From assembly GCA_047495785.1 (NCBI GenBank), contig JBLDXI010000019.1:2108001-2172000 (forward strand): DNA of 64,000 bases, given 5' to 3'. The stretch is from Lepidodermella squamata. Its lineage: Eukaryota; Animalia; Gastrotricha. The notes below the pieces were generated by a model. It did not search any database. It saw only the letters and a list, made by a program, of their open reading frames with translations, and had not been told where the DNA came from. Positions 12,869 through 25,905 of this stretch are shown here, piece after piece (within the stretch, counting starts at the first letter, position 1; each line of letters opens with the position of its first letter). The position numbers and the translations under genes were made by a program.

Positions 12869-15800
12869 GCACATTTCCGGGCCCGCCTATGTTTCGTCCG
12901 GGCGCGCGCACTGGTTGGCCGGCTGTTTCGACCAATGAGAGCGCGTAATCAGACCGCAGGCGCGCTGTTACGCCCTGCTCGATTGCGCGCGAGTATAATT
13001 ACACACTTCACGGCCGCGCAGGCGAGGCCGCGCGGCAGTCGCGGTCGCAGTCTCGGCTGAATTTTTGGCGCAAAATTCAAATTCAAATTTTGGCGCCAAT
13101 TTTGAGGTGAAAGAAAATTCAAAAGGAAAATTCGTCATTACTCGTGAATCGTGCTATAATATTGTTCAATAATGACTAAACGCATTGCTGATCTGCCGCC
13201 TGACGTCGAGGCTATCTTGCCTGACGATGAACACCGTCTTCTTCACATCGTCACTAAATTCGAGCGGAAGAATGAGTCATCGTGGATTCTGCATTTTCGA
13301 GCGCCTTTCAAGTCAAACGAATGGGGCAGGTTTTTGGCCGGTGTACAGCGTCGCAGTCGAGTTGATTTCAAAGCTAAGCCACACGGAACGACGAAACCTA
13401 AAGGCATCAAATTCATCGCGAAGGAAGAGCTTGTGTGTAATCACGCTGACCACGAGAGCGGTGTACACGACTCGCGCAGAAAATGCGCCGCGCCCGGCGA
13501 AAAGGCGAAAAAACGGCAAGTCACCTCAAGCGGCGCTGCTCCGAAAAGCAAAATAACCGATTGTACCGCATCGATCTCGCTTTCAGAAGTCGCACCACTG
13601 ATCGACGACGGCACGCCAAAAAGTCGCGACGCAGCTCGAAAACGGCTGAGACGCGACCCGCTGATTACTTCGCACCCTACCATCGTCCAAATCGAGTGGC
13701 AGCATGACCATAATATTGGAGTCTTGGCTGCGTTAAGGTGGCGAAATCACGCCGAGGGCGTTGATACGGCAATGTTTTGCCATCTACAAGCCGAAGGTAC
13801 AGCATCTGCAGCAATGCAAGCTTATAATAATGAGCTGGAGGAGCTGTATCCGGAAATACCCTGGTTGCAGCTGTCGGCTGATCGCTCGCTCTGCCCAACG
13901 CGCAAAGATTGGTACCACTTCGCCGATAAATTACAAGTAAGCACACACGGCGATCGTAATGGAGAGTTAATGCGGTCGAAATTGAAGGAGTTAGCTGCGC
14001 AGCACTCGGAAACGTTTAGTTATCGCGAGACACTGGCGAAAAACGGCGAGCGGGTCTGGTGCTTGTTAGTTCGAACCCCGATGATGCGCCGTGTTTACGA
14101 CACCGTTTCTGAAGCTCGGGACATCCTTTTTACCGATTCAACCGCCAGCTGCGATCTTGTAAACAGCTCTCTGACTTTGATAGTCAGCGCGTCATCAGCA
14201 GGCGCCTTGCCAGTAGCCGCCGCAATTCATTCATCGCAGACCGTCGATTGTTACAAGTAAGTTGAATGAATTTTATTTTATTTTTTATATTATATTTTTA
14301 GACATTTTTTTTTTAAATTTTATCCGAATTTTTTAATTTTAAATTATATCAAATTAAATTTTAAATTAATCTGCTAAAAAAACTGAATTTTACGGCGGAA
14401 CTATTGTGCATTTTGACGTAGGGGGGAAATTTGCCGATGTGAAAATTTCTCAACCATTTTTTTAACTTGGGGCAATAATAAATTGATTTTTGTTATTTAA
14501 TTCAATTTATTGTTTTTTTTTAAACAGACTGGCGTTTGGCATGTTCAAACAAACCTTGAACGGTGTTGAGCCAAAGCTGTTCTTAACAGACGACAGCGAT
14601 GCAGAGCGGGAGGCTTTACGCCTTGTCTTTGTCAATTCCACTGTGTTGCTATGCGCATTTCATATTCTCCAAGCCCTGTGGCGGTGGCTGACGAATAAAA
14701 AGCACAACATCGCTGCCGAAGACGCGCCGCTTTTGCTTCAACGTAAGTTCGGGAAATATTTAACGCGATTGAATTTTAATTAGTTTTTTTCGCAGTGTTC
14801 CAAAATGTTGTTTTTGCACAAACCGAAAAAGAGTACGAAGCTGCACGTGGCGCTTTGCTCTATTCGCCGCTTACTCGAAAATACATCAATTGGCGACTAC
14901 ACATCCTTGCCCACCTACAGCGTTCTCGCCTTTTCGTGGCTGCGTTTCGCAATTCCTACTCGCATGGTCACATGACCAACAACATCGTCGAAAGGTGAGC
15001 CCTTTATTTCTATTTTATATGCAACAATTTTCAATTATTTTTGCTTCATTTCAGATGCGTTGGCATTTTAAAAGACGTGGTGTTATGCCGTGTTCGCGCC
15101 TTTAACCCTGTCGCGCTTGCGCAATTTTTGAGCGAAAAATTTGATAATTTTTTTGCGAAAAAACTTCTTGACTTTGCGAACGGTCGCAATGATTTGAAAA
15201 CGGAATGGCTGCGCTACAAAGACGCGGCAATCGTCGAAATCGCCCAGAAAAACAGCGAAATCCAAGCATTCGATGTCACGACTGCGAAGGGTGATAATTA
15301 TGTTGTAAATTTGGCGGCGTGGCTGTGCAGTTGTCCTTATGGTCGAAATGGCCGGTTTTGTAAACATTTGGTAAGTAAAAATTTGGTTATTTTAATTTAT
15401 AAATTTTAATTTTATTTTGAAAATTTTCGGAATTTTTTTATATTTTTATCAAATTTTTCTACGCTCGAATTTGTGTAAATTTATGAGATTAATTTTAATT
15501 TTTTAATTTTTTTAATATTCGCTCAGGTTCATGTCGCTGCTGCTAACAATGTTGCGCTGCCTACAAGCCGCATGGTCGTTGGAACTCCCGACGTTAAGAA
15601 ACTCTTGGCGTATATTGCTGTCGGAATTTATTACGACGATGAACTTTTTCTCGGCCTGACTGAGGTCAACACCAGCGCGAACGAGAACGCTGCATCGTGT
15701 TCAGCTTTTGTTAACGTACCACCGTCCAGTGGCCTCGAAATCGCCGATAATAGCGAAACCAATGCTATTACTATTGAGCAAGAAACCGACGAGAATGCGG

Positions 15801-16561
15801 GAGAAGAAAACGACGACGGAACGAAATTCGCCGAAGAGTCACTCGTTAATTTCAGGTCCATGTGCGCTAAAGTGGAACGTCTCATCGCTGAAAACAAGTC
15901 GAATGGCGGGCTTTTGAAGCAAATGAATAAATTCAGCCATCGGCTATCAACCCTCGCAGATACCGGTGTCATGGCGATTGAGTCTTGGCTCGCCAGGGCC
16001 TTGATGAAGTCAGGCGGACATAATCGCGGGGCGCTTATTCATGTGCAGAGTACCGCGGTCGGCCGGCGGATGTTTAACGTCGGTGGCTCCAGGCCACATC
16101 GCGCCGGAAGGAAACCAAATGGGTATCGAGCGCCGAAAAACTACGCCATTCGCCCAAGAAATTTTCGTGAGAGAAACGGCATTCCGCCCACTCAGTGACT
16201 TGAGATTATCTCGTTGTGAGCAATAATTTAAAATAATTTGAATTCTGATTCAGTCGTTTCATAATTTTTAAATCGATGTATTTAATCGTTACTTGTTTAT
16301 AGCGCTTTCCATGACATTTGTTGTAAGCACTCAGCTCTGAAAGTATTTGAAATTTAGCTCTGATGATTGTTGAAATGAAATAATTGGAATAAAGTCCTGT
16401 TCTGTCTCGTTTATTTGAGTGGCGTTATGCAATGCAAAATGCGAGTGTGCGAGCGAGCGGCGGGCGGCGGCGGCGGCGTAATAACGCGGTCTCATTGGTC
16501 GAAACAGCCGGCCAACCAGTGCGCGCGCCCGGACGAAACATAGGCGGGCCCGGAAATGTGC
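12869..16561. repeat. Perfect 72-bp inverted repeat pair (12869-12940 / 16490-16561) bracketing the transposase gene
   Basis: GCACATTTCCGGGCCCGCC...GACCAATGAGA and its exact reverse complement; no adjacent duplication seen. Confidence 0.9.
13172..16198 (+). CDS. Mutator-family (MULE) DDE transposase with SWIM zinc finger, apparently intact
   Basis: Exons 13172-14256, 14528-14742, 14796-14994, 15055-15370, 15527-16198 join in frame; FTDSTAS, LTDDSDAE, LCAFH (CxxH), TNNIVER; SWIM CSCPYGRNGRFCKH. Confidence 0.88.
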
Positions 16562-19500
16562 GACTGGCATCGAATCACCCGCATCAGGTATCGATTATCG
16601 ATTATCGATTATTGGTAACTGATCGAGTGATCGATTTTTCAAAATTTAGCTATCGATTTTATGTGATACAGTGTAGTCTTTCTAAAGTTTTTCAGCTGTG
16701 CGGTATTGGGGGACGTAATGACTCTTAGACGACTTCTGGCTTGCTGTTATATATGAAAATGTGAGCTTTTTTGCGTGAAAACACCCCAAAAACCGCTTTT
16801 TGAAAAAACCGCGGTTTTTTCAGGCCCTAAAAAAACCGGTATAAACCGGTACCGGTTTAAACTGGTTTATACTGGTTGGGGTTTAAACCGAATACCCTGC
16901 TTTTTGTTGCGTTCCACTTTCTTTGAAGCCTTCAGCTAATTAATCAAATTAAGAAATAAAGATCGGATAATATAGGACTGATTACGCCGCAATAATCTGT
17001 CTATTGCTTCGCTGTCGCCCGTTTATAGCCAAATACTGGCCGCATTTCCTACGTTTTACTGGTCCCAGTTACATTTTGTATTTTGTATTTTGGTTATTTT
17101 GTTTTGTTATTTGTTATTTGGAAAGAGGACAACAATAAAGATTTTTATGTTTTTTAACGCGGGCAGTCTCTAGCAAGCTCATGCAAGTAGATTCTATCAC
17201 AGTCGCCCCTATTGATACCGTCGAGGTTAGCCTTTATCCAGATAAAGAAATTGCCAGCCATCTCACAATGTCTGTAGCCGAAAACGACGAGGCAAATGTT
17301 ATGCCTGGCTCCACGCAACGCCAGCATGCGGTGCTGCAACGTGCCGCCTGAAAAATACATCAATGTATCAAGCTCTAAATGACTATAATATAGGCGATAG
17401 GCTATTACTTCTAAGGATACTGCATTCGTGGACATTGAACATGTTGGTTCTCGACCTATAGTCCGCTATGATATTTTTGCATGTATCCTCGGGAAGCTGA
17501 AATGGCAGACAATTAGAGCAATTTGTAGTAAGTTTGGGCTTTTCGGCATTAGACTTGTCTCTATTTGGTTATCGAAAGCAAGAAAAAATGTGAAAATTTA
17601 AAGAACGGATACTTTGGAAAAGTAAGTAGTATGCTACAATCTCTAAAATTCCCTTAACTCGCCTAAATGTAGAATAGGTACGCGGGAAGAATTTTGTCAC
17701 TTTGTTTCTAAGGAACAATTTTTAAAAGAAGCCTATTAGGACTTGAATCTTGATTGATGAGAAGACTCAAAAATGTTCGTTCTTTTATAATAGTACTAGG
17801 ACTTACGATGAAGGATAACGACGGTTTTACGACGGACAAGCTAAACATCAGGAAAAGCAATGTCTTCATTTTCCCTTCGAAGAATTTCTAGCCGAATCGA
17901 CTATAACTATTCAGCATCATTGAAAGCACTCGCTCTACTGGCGAGACATGCCTGACACGAAGACCTGCCGAGAATAGCTAATGAGACCGCAAAATACTTG
18001 ATTATAAATGCTAACCCATGTACGGTAAAAGGATGATTGAGATGGTTGTCTTTGACTTTTTAGAAGACAGAGTTCGTGTACAGGATTCGAACCGCTTTGA
18101 CATCAGTGGCTATGAAAGTGTCTTGAATGATTAAAAAGATGCGGAATCGATACCCATAGAAACCTGTTTGTTTCATAGTTCGAAAATTTGTTTAGTTAAA
18201 TATCTTCAAAATCTTCGAAGTCATTCACTTGGGTTCCGCATAATTTTTAATTCAGGTATTTTCATCAATCAGTATGCGGCTAAAAGGTCGGATGATGAAA
18301 GCCAATAGGTATATCGTAAACCATTTTTGAGCAGTGAGTCGAACATTCATGTGAAAAACATCGAAACTCAAAATAAATGAACACATTTCATCTGCTATTT
18401 CATCTGCTCTCAGAGAAAGGATTACCTATGAATTATTTTTTGAGTTATTAAAAAACTCAATAAATAAACGATTTCAGAAGTGCTTTTTATTTACTTTTCT
18501 ATCTATACTCAGAAATAGGTAAAGACAGATGCCATCTCGCATTGTGCTCGCTAGTTAACTCTCAAGTTAGAGGGTCAGCGTGTTCAAAATCCGAGAGGCT
18601 TTTCCGTCCAAGTGCTGTTTTAGGAATCGAGCTGAGAAGAAGACCACGCTCCTGGGCACGCTAAAACGGCCCTGCTAAGGAAGAATTTGTATCGCCAGAA
18701 GGTCAATGTTGACCATCAAATCTAAACTGTTGATAATCATCAACTTAACACTTAAATAAATCAGCAAACTTCAGTTTACTTCACCAAACTGCGGACAAAG
18801 GCACGCGCCGTAGAAATTTGAAAGTCAGCTACCGTTAAACTCGAGTCATTCTTCGAATTTACAAGGGAGGCTTGGCGCTTGGCGGGCTTATATTCGAACA
18901 GCTGCGGATAATGAAAAAATTTCCCGAGATGTTATTGGCCGCCCCGTCAATGGCGATTTCGGAAAAAATGTAATAACTTGGCTTTTGCCATAATGCCTAC
19001 ACGTAGCAAGCTTGTGCTCAATGTGCTCAATGCTCATTGTTTAAATTTGATGTTGCACGAAGCAGGTCCGGATAAGACGACTTTCACTATTTTGGAATTT
19101 CCGAACAACCGCATGAGTTCTGAATCAGCATGAATTCCATAATTTGGTAACTAGGCTAACAGGCGAGACGAATCCTGTACTTGGAATTAATCTGACTTAT
19201 TCCTAATTCATAATTCCCGCTGTTCTCCTCGGTTCGACTACAACAACCGACGGTTTGACGGTTGATAAATTTAGCGAAAAAATTGCCGAATTTCGTCTCC
19301 AATCAAAACATCGTTAAAACGGCCAATACTTACACCTGATAATAAATTATGCATCGGATGTTTATATGCATAGAGTCTGGCCGGTTGTGTCTGCAGAGAA
19401 AAACAAGAGGCGTGAGTCGGAAAACTTGAATTTATTCAACACAACAATAACAACATCATCAATAGCTAATATAAAGGAAATCAAGGCGACACCTTGGCAC

Positions 19501-22097
19501 GATAACGCACATACATCCAATATATTTCGCACAAAACATAAGTATTGTCCAAAAATATTTTCAAATTCAACCCTCAAATTTTTTCAAAAAATTGCACTTG
19601 CTCGCTAAAATATTATTTTTTTAAATCGCGTTTCATTGCCATATTTGGTTCTGAGCCAAACAGGCACGCTTTGACACAATAAAGCCTTTATTTATTAGGC
19701 TGACCTTGTCAATTAAATGCCTTACATTAAATGGCCAATTTATACACCAGGTGAATATACGCTTATCTGTTTGCCCTGAATAAGCATTCAACGTTTTGAC
19801 ATTATTTGCAACTCGGTGTTTAACTATATCGGCCTGGCCATCTGTACCGTTTTGTTATACAGCGTAATGTGATACTACTGCTACAACAATAATCACCACG
19901 TGCTGGTTAAAATTAATTGCCGACAAGACGTCAAATAATCTCTGTGTCGCAGTCAAAAAGTTGCGTTGGATGTCAACTTTAACACAGGTATAATTGTTCC
20001 CAATGCCGGCGGCGACTTATTGGTGTCACAGTGCAACAACAATAGCGTAATTGTTACACATGAAAGTGATAGATATAGCTTTAACGCAGCAAAACGAAGG
20101 TTATATCTAGCCATCTTTTGCTTGTATTTATACAATAAAATTTGTTTGCGCGGTTTATGTTAAAAATAATGTCTATACGCGCGCGCGCGTGTGTGTGTAG
20201 GTAAATTATAGGCGCATGTGCGCGCGTGCGCAGTTCATTTGTCGGCGCGCGCGCATCTTTTAAACACGCGCGCTCGCGCACATTTCAAAGCGCGCAGACG
20301 CCAGGGTTCATCTCGGCGCCGAGAACGACGTGCCAAATCCCGGCCCCGGCTGTCGGATTACTTATTACGACCGTAAACTGCTCAGTCACACTCGGCCTCA
20401 TGTATGTCTCATCACCAAATAGCGCGTATAAGCCCTACTATTTTCCGATTTTAAGGCGGACGGGTTTTATAATTAATATTTTTTTCACACCGTGAAAGGT
20501 GCTATACTCGCCTCTTGTTTGTAGAATCCTTCAATGGCCGCCTAGTACATTCATACGAATTTTTTCGGTGCCGTATTCAGGATATATTTTATTATTAACC
20601 TAGTTTTAAGCTGGCGTAAAATTTAGCATACCTTAATGATGTGCGTTATAATTTCAAGTTCACTTGACCTGAATTCAATTTTAATTATCTGGAGTATATT
20701 GTTTGGCTTCTAGCTTGGAATATAATAGAAAAACAAACAATTCGGTCGGATGATCCCATTAAATACTCCGTGTAATTGAGCTCCCTGACAATTTGAGTAA
20801 ATTATGGACTCACTGTTTATAGGAAAATTCCTAATTGATGGCGATGACCGAATTTTATTTTTTTATGTAACAAAAACACACGCACACGCGATTAAGCGTT
20901 ATTAGACACCTTGTATACTCGCAGTTTGATGCGTCCGCTAAATGCACGCAATCTCATGGGCCATTTAATTCCTTTCATCTACCCTCGTAATTCCGTAAGC
21001 TAATTCAAGAATATAGCAAATGATGACGCTCTTCTCGAGAGGAAGTTTGTGACCTAGAAATGAAATACTTAAGCATAATTCTATTTCGAAAATATAAGCT
21101 CGCTTATAACTCATCATCGTAGTTTGGAATAATCAGAACTTTTCCCACCGCGGTTTTCTTGGCTGGAAAATTCACCTCGCCGTCGATTTTACTTAGGAAT
21201 TTTATTTCTCCGAGAAAACACCCCTGGCACTTATGCTACAGCGAGTCGAGACGATTTCTTAACTTTAAGCCTAGATATTTTGGGAACTTGAGAAAATTGT
21301 GTTTTTTCTCAGCATTCTCTCAGCATATTCCGTTGACGGCAACTTTCAGACTTTCAACTTTCAGAAATCTGTTGCGGGAATCTAGAGCTCTATTCACCTG
21401 AATTGTAGGGTAAATTTTGTGACCGATGAATCATCGTCCTATTTTTCAGTTTAAAATTTGAGGCATCAAAGTTGAACAGCTGCTGGTTGGCTTAAAAAAA
21501 CTGTTATCCGACCAAGTTACCCCACACCACAGTACCATTTTGTCGTATTCAGAGCGTATTCTGTATGCGATTGCCGTTAAAGCGAATAAATGAAACAATC
21601 TAATCCCTGATCCCTCAACAGTTTTTGAATGCGATTATTCGCTTCTTATCCTCATTGTCCACCAGCTGAAACAACAGCTTAGTTAATTTTTTTTAATAGG
21701 TAAGCCTATTCTTCTCTACTACGAAAAATGGAATTTTACGATGAAAAAATCGCGCTTTTTTCCGCGAGCAAATGAAATAGACCCCTATAGGTAAAATGAT
21801 TTACAGAGTAACAGTATAGGCAAGACCCTATTAACCAAATGATGTTTATTTTTTTTACCTTTAGAAAGTTACCGGACGAATTTAGCTTCTGCTCTCGTAG
21901 ATTTGACAACAACACGTCAAAATGTTGAAAAATTCCTAATAATATTTTGCAATTTTTCAAGTATATTTTGTCATAATTTTCTATTTTAAAATGTCGGCGC
22001 TCTTCAGTCATATTAAATTGTGTATCTCCTCAAATTTTCAGTTGAATTTTTCATCTTCGATTTAGTTACGAACTTTATTTTTCTATTTTCCCCATAG

Positions 22098-24146
22098 ATT
22101 CAGCAAAATTAAGACCAATACAGTAATATTCGTCATCCTCGCCGTTGCGACGGCATCGTTCGTCCTGTTCTTCTCCGCAGTCATCCTAACCTATGACTCA
22201 TCATCAAGCTCAACTCCGCCGTCCGCGGCGCCACCAGAACAGGGCAACGACGCCGCTAAGAAGGCCGCCGTAGCCGCCCAGGCCGGCAAAAAGCTCTGGT
22301 CCGGCGACCAAAAAGTGCTGTCAGACGACAAGGAAAGCACATCGGCCGACTCGAAATTCCAAGCAGTTACTGTTCCGGTCAAACTCGAGGAAGACGAGGA
22401 GGGCGATGTCGGTTCCGCTCCGATGGATTTCGCGAACTCAGCCGATACGCCGCCGCAACTGCTCGACGTAATATCGGCCGGGGCTCATTACCAAAACGAC
22501 GACGCGATGGCGATGGGCTCGGGTGGGCGGAACGAGAAGACGATCATGCTATGGTCAGCTTGGTGGGGCGACAAGTCGTGGAAGAAAATTTTGAAGCGGA
22601 ACGGCGGTGCTTACGTGAGACTGCCGCCGCTGGTCAACCACAACGGCGATGTTGCGCAACACCGGTCTTGCCGGTTGAGTCTCAACCGCTCGCAGCAGAC
22701 CACGGCCAGTGCGTTTGTGTACCACAGTTGGGATCTGCAGCCGAACAAATTCAAAGATGTGCCCAGCGTTCGGCATCCTTGGCAGGTTTGGGTAAGTTGA
22801 CCTAGTTTCGGACATTCGATTCCAATGATTTGTCTCATCTCCGGACATGACCAAAGTTTATTTTACCAATTTTGGACAAATTATTATTGATTGGCCTAAT
22901 TTCGGACATAAGTGAATGATTTGTCCCAACTTCGGACGCCACCAAAAATCATTGTAGCAGTTTTTGGCAAATTATTTTCGATTGACCTCATTTCGGACAT
23001 TGTTGAAATTTTAATTTTTTCCAGGTTTTCTGGATGATTGAACCGCCGCCCCGGTCAGGTCTGTTGAACAACTACGACTGGGACCGGGCGAATGCGATGA
23101 ATTACAATATAACCATGTCCTATCTACGTTCGAGTGACGTCTGGTTCCCGTACGGTCGAATTTACGAGTACCCAATTGATACCAGGCGGAATTTGGCGAA
23201 ACCAGTCAAGCATAGGATAGAAAATTTCGTCCGAGAATTCCCTCACAAGCCGATGGACAGCTTATGGGTCGTTTCAGACTGCGTGTAAGTTCCAATTTTT
23301 AATCAGCATTCAGCTTTCATAAACTTTAGGTTGCGAGGAAAATTCTGAAAAATTCAATAAAATTGTATTTTTTATTGATATTTTAGGACTTATAGTGGTC
23401 GTGAGGACATTGTTCAAGAGCTGAAAGATGCCGGCATTACAGTCGATTCTTGGGGCAACTGTTCCCACCGCAATCCAGACCGAGAATGGCAACACTTCGG
23501 CCGAAAGAAATTTTTCAGTCAATACAGATTTTACTTCGCCTTCGAGAACACATTTTGCGACGACTACGTCTCCGAAAAAGCCTTCGTCGCTATGAACATG
23601 AGCCGGCATTACGGCATGATCCCAGTTGTTTACGGTGCTGCTAGGTATAAGACACTTCTGCCGCCGGGTTCGTTCATAGACGCCCGGTCGTTCAAGGACA
23701 TGTCGGCGCTGGCTAAATTTATGCGTGAACTTTCGCTGCCGCAAAGCGCTGAAAAAGTGCGCGGCTTCTTCACGTGGCAATACAAGTATTTTACGGATCA
23801 GAACGAGAACAATCGCGTCATTTTAGGTAAATAACATTTCCAATATTCCAAATATTCAAATTTCATTTCAGAATTTGAATTTGAAATGTTTAAGGATTTT
23901 TAAAATCTTTTTAAAAAAAAATTTTAATTTTTGAAATTTAAAATTTAATTTTTAATTTTTTAATTGTTTTATCAAGGATTATTGATGATTTATAATTTTT
24001 CAAAATTTACCCTAATTTTTCATTTTTTTCAAGGTTGGCAATCATTGTGTCAGCATCTCTGGGATATGGATTTATCCGGCAAGCTGGTGAACTCAAGCTC
24101 GAGCATTCACAATTTACGAGCTCGCATGGGTGAATGCACATTTTAG
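22098..24146 (+). CDS. GT10 alpha-1,3/4-fucosyltransferase paralogue 3 (start exon not located)
   Basis: Exons 22098-22791 (TM VIFVILAVATASFVLFFSAVIL, long acidic/Ala stem), 23025-23284, 23387-23826, 24034-24146; YRFYFAFENTFCDDYVSEK, MIPVVYG, LPPGSFID. Confidence 0.88.
22798..23000. repeat. Degenerate intronic tandem repeat built on a TTCGGACA core
   Basis: Variants of (t/c)cggaca recur roughly every 30-35 nt, with a longer ~95-nt unit present about twice. Confidence 0.5.
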
Positions 24147-25905
24147 CATAATATATATTCTCTGATGAAAAGAATATTTTGGGACCTGAAAAATCTCATG
24201 CTTTCGCTATCGCTTCGAAATTCAACAAGAAATCGACAGCAGTGTTTTTTTGTACCAACAGAATTTTTTCTAGTTTGTTTCAAATATTTTATCTGAAAAA
24301 AATTATTATTTATATTATAATTATCTTATGCGCTTTGTTGATCGAAAGAATTATGGATGCTTTATATTCGGATTTTTCGAAAATATTCTACCTATTATAT
24401 TTACCTCCGGGCGGACAATGGAAGAGAGAAAGTACTTCAAAAATAAAAAAATGAAGCAATCGCCAACTTGTTTTCCGTGGCTGCTTTGTCTTTTCCCTAA
24501 TCAGAAGCGTAAATATTGGCCAGCACTTCGACCATCAGAGCGTGACCGGTTGCTGACACTAAAATGTATCGTTTTGTTCGTGTTCAATTCGAAAATTTAA
24601 TTACAGTGTTACCCGCTAAAATTTTCAAAACTTTCGACAGAAATCGATATACAAGTTTATCAGGCGTGCGAAATTGAGAACTCGCGCAATCGGCTATTTT
24701 TCCTTATACTCGTTAGTCTTCTATATTATAGGCGATTTATTTTACACGGCTGCCAAATGTAATGATCTCTTTAGGGAGCGAAATCAAAATCTTCCGTAAA
24801 TTACTCACCGATCGAGTATATTTTATGGTCTAGAGCGCTTTACTAGGAATCAATTTGACTGCACTTGGTTTTTATTACTACAGCAAATAATAGAGAAATT
24901 GGCCACCATAATATCGGATGTCTTGAAAATCGTTTTTTGAGTACACACACACTATCATATCGGCAATCAAAACCCGATTCGCTAAGGAATTATTTCCCCT
25001 GTTTTCTTTGTTTCTTTCCTGCAGTTTCGAGATTTTTCATAGAATAAATAACATTTAGATTTAAAATTTCAATGTGCGCATTATTTTTTTTGTTGACCCA
25101 CATTTGAATAGAGAGAGGTAATATTGCTGTGAGTTGTGCGTCTCTATTGCTCGTGGCTATTTTGATATCTTTAAAAACAGAACAGAAGGTCAAGCCATAC
25201 TCGTTGGATTATTATCGCAAAAAAAATTTCATTTTAGTTCAAAAATTATTCGCATGTAATTTGAACTCAGTTATTCGTGCAAAAACAAACAATCAGCAAA
25301 CAGTTAGTCGAAAAGCACTGAATATGACCGGCGATTTCTGCACCTGACTGACTGACTGCCGAGTCGGTGTGCACCCGTCAGACATCGCACCACTTGCGCA
25401 TATTATTGTTCCAATAATAAAACAATAATATAAATACGGGACGTTTTATACGCAAAACAAATCATCCTCACCTTTATATTCATTAGGTGTGGCCCTCGAC
25501 TATATACTTACGTCCTGTTAATAGGGGCCAGTTTTTCTTCGATCGCTCTCTTTTTTCACTCGTGCGCACACGCGCGATATTATTATTATTATTAAGGAGG
25601 CTGCTGTAATAAAAAAGTGCGCACGCGCAAATATTGACGCAACAACTTTATTATATCCGCGCACGCGCACAGACAGGTAATGATAGCAGCGTCGCGCCAC
25701 CTGTAAAAAGTGAATTGATATAATTATTATTGAGGGGGCTAGCGGCGCCTCGCGGTTATACGAAACCGAACAATTGCGCTATTAGATACGCGCAAGACAA
25801 CAATCAATGGAGTGTAGTAGGGTGGCTCTTGCATTACCATAAAAACCACCTAATATACAGTTTTTTACCTACCACACACGTGCCTGGGTAAAATCGTGGT
25901 GAAAA

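Larger units (their letters stand above)
12304..16899. mobile_element. 4.6-kb composite DNA element with hAT-like ends enclosing a MULE transposase gene
   Basis: Termini CAGGGTAT...ATACCCTG; 8-bp TSD CTTTTTGT (12296-12303 / 16900-16907); subterminal ACCGGT/AAACCGG arrays at both ends. Confidence 0.8.

Noticed and set aside
17154-19608. Short ORFs in the long gap between the composite transposon and FucT 3
   Set aside because: No domains, coding bias or splice-consistent structure; probably decayed repeats or intergenic DNA.
20170-20300. CG/TG alternating tracts (potential Z-DNA or promoter)
   Set aside because: Similar GCGCGC patches are scattered through intergenic DNA; no specific function can be supported.
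21629-21699. Candidate first exon for FucT paralogue 3 (ATG 21629, donor 21700)
   Set aside because: In-frame TAG precedes the donor, so the start codon remains unlocated.
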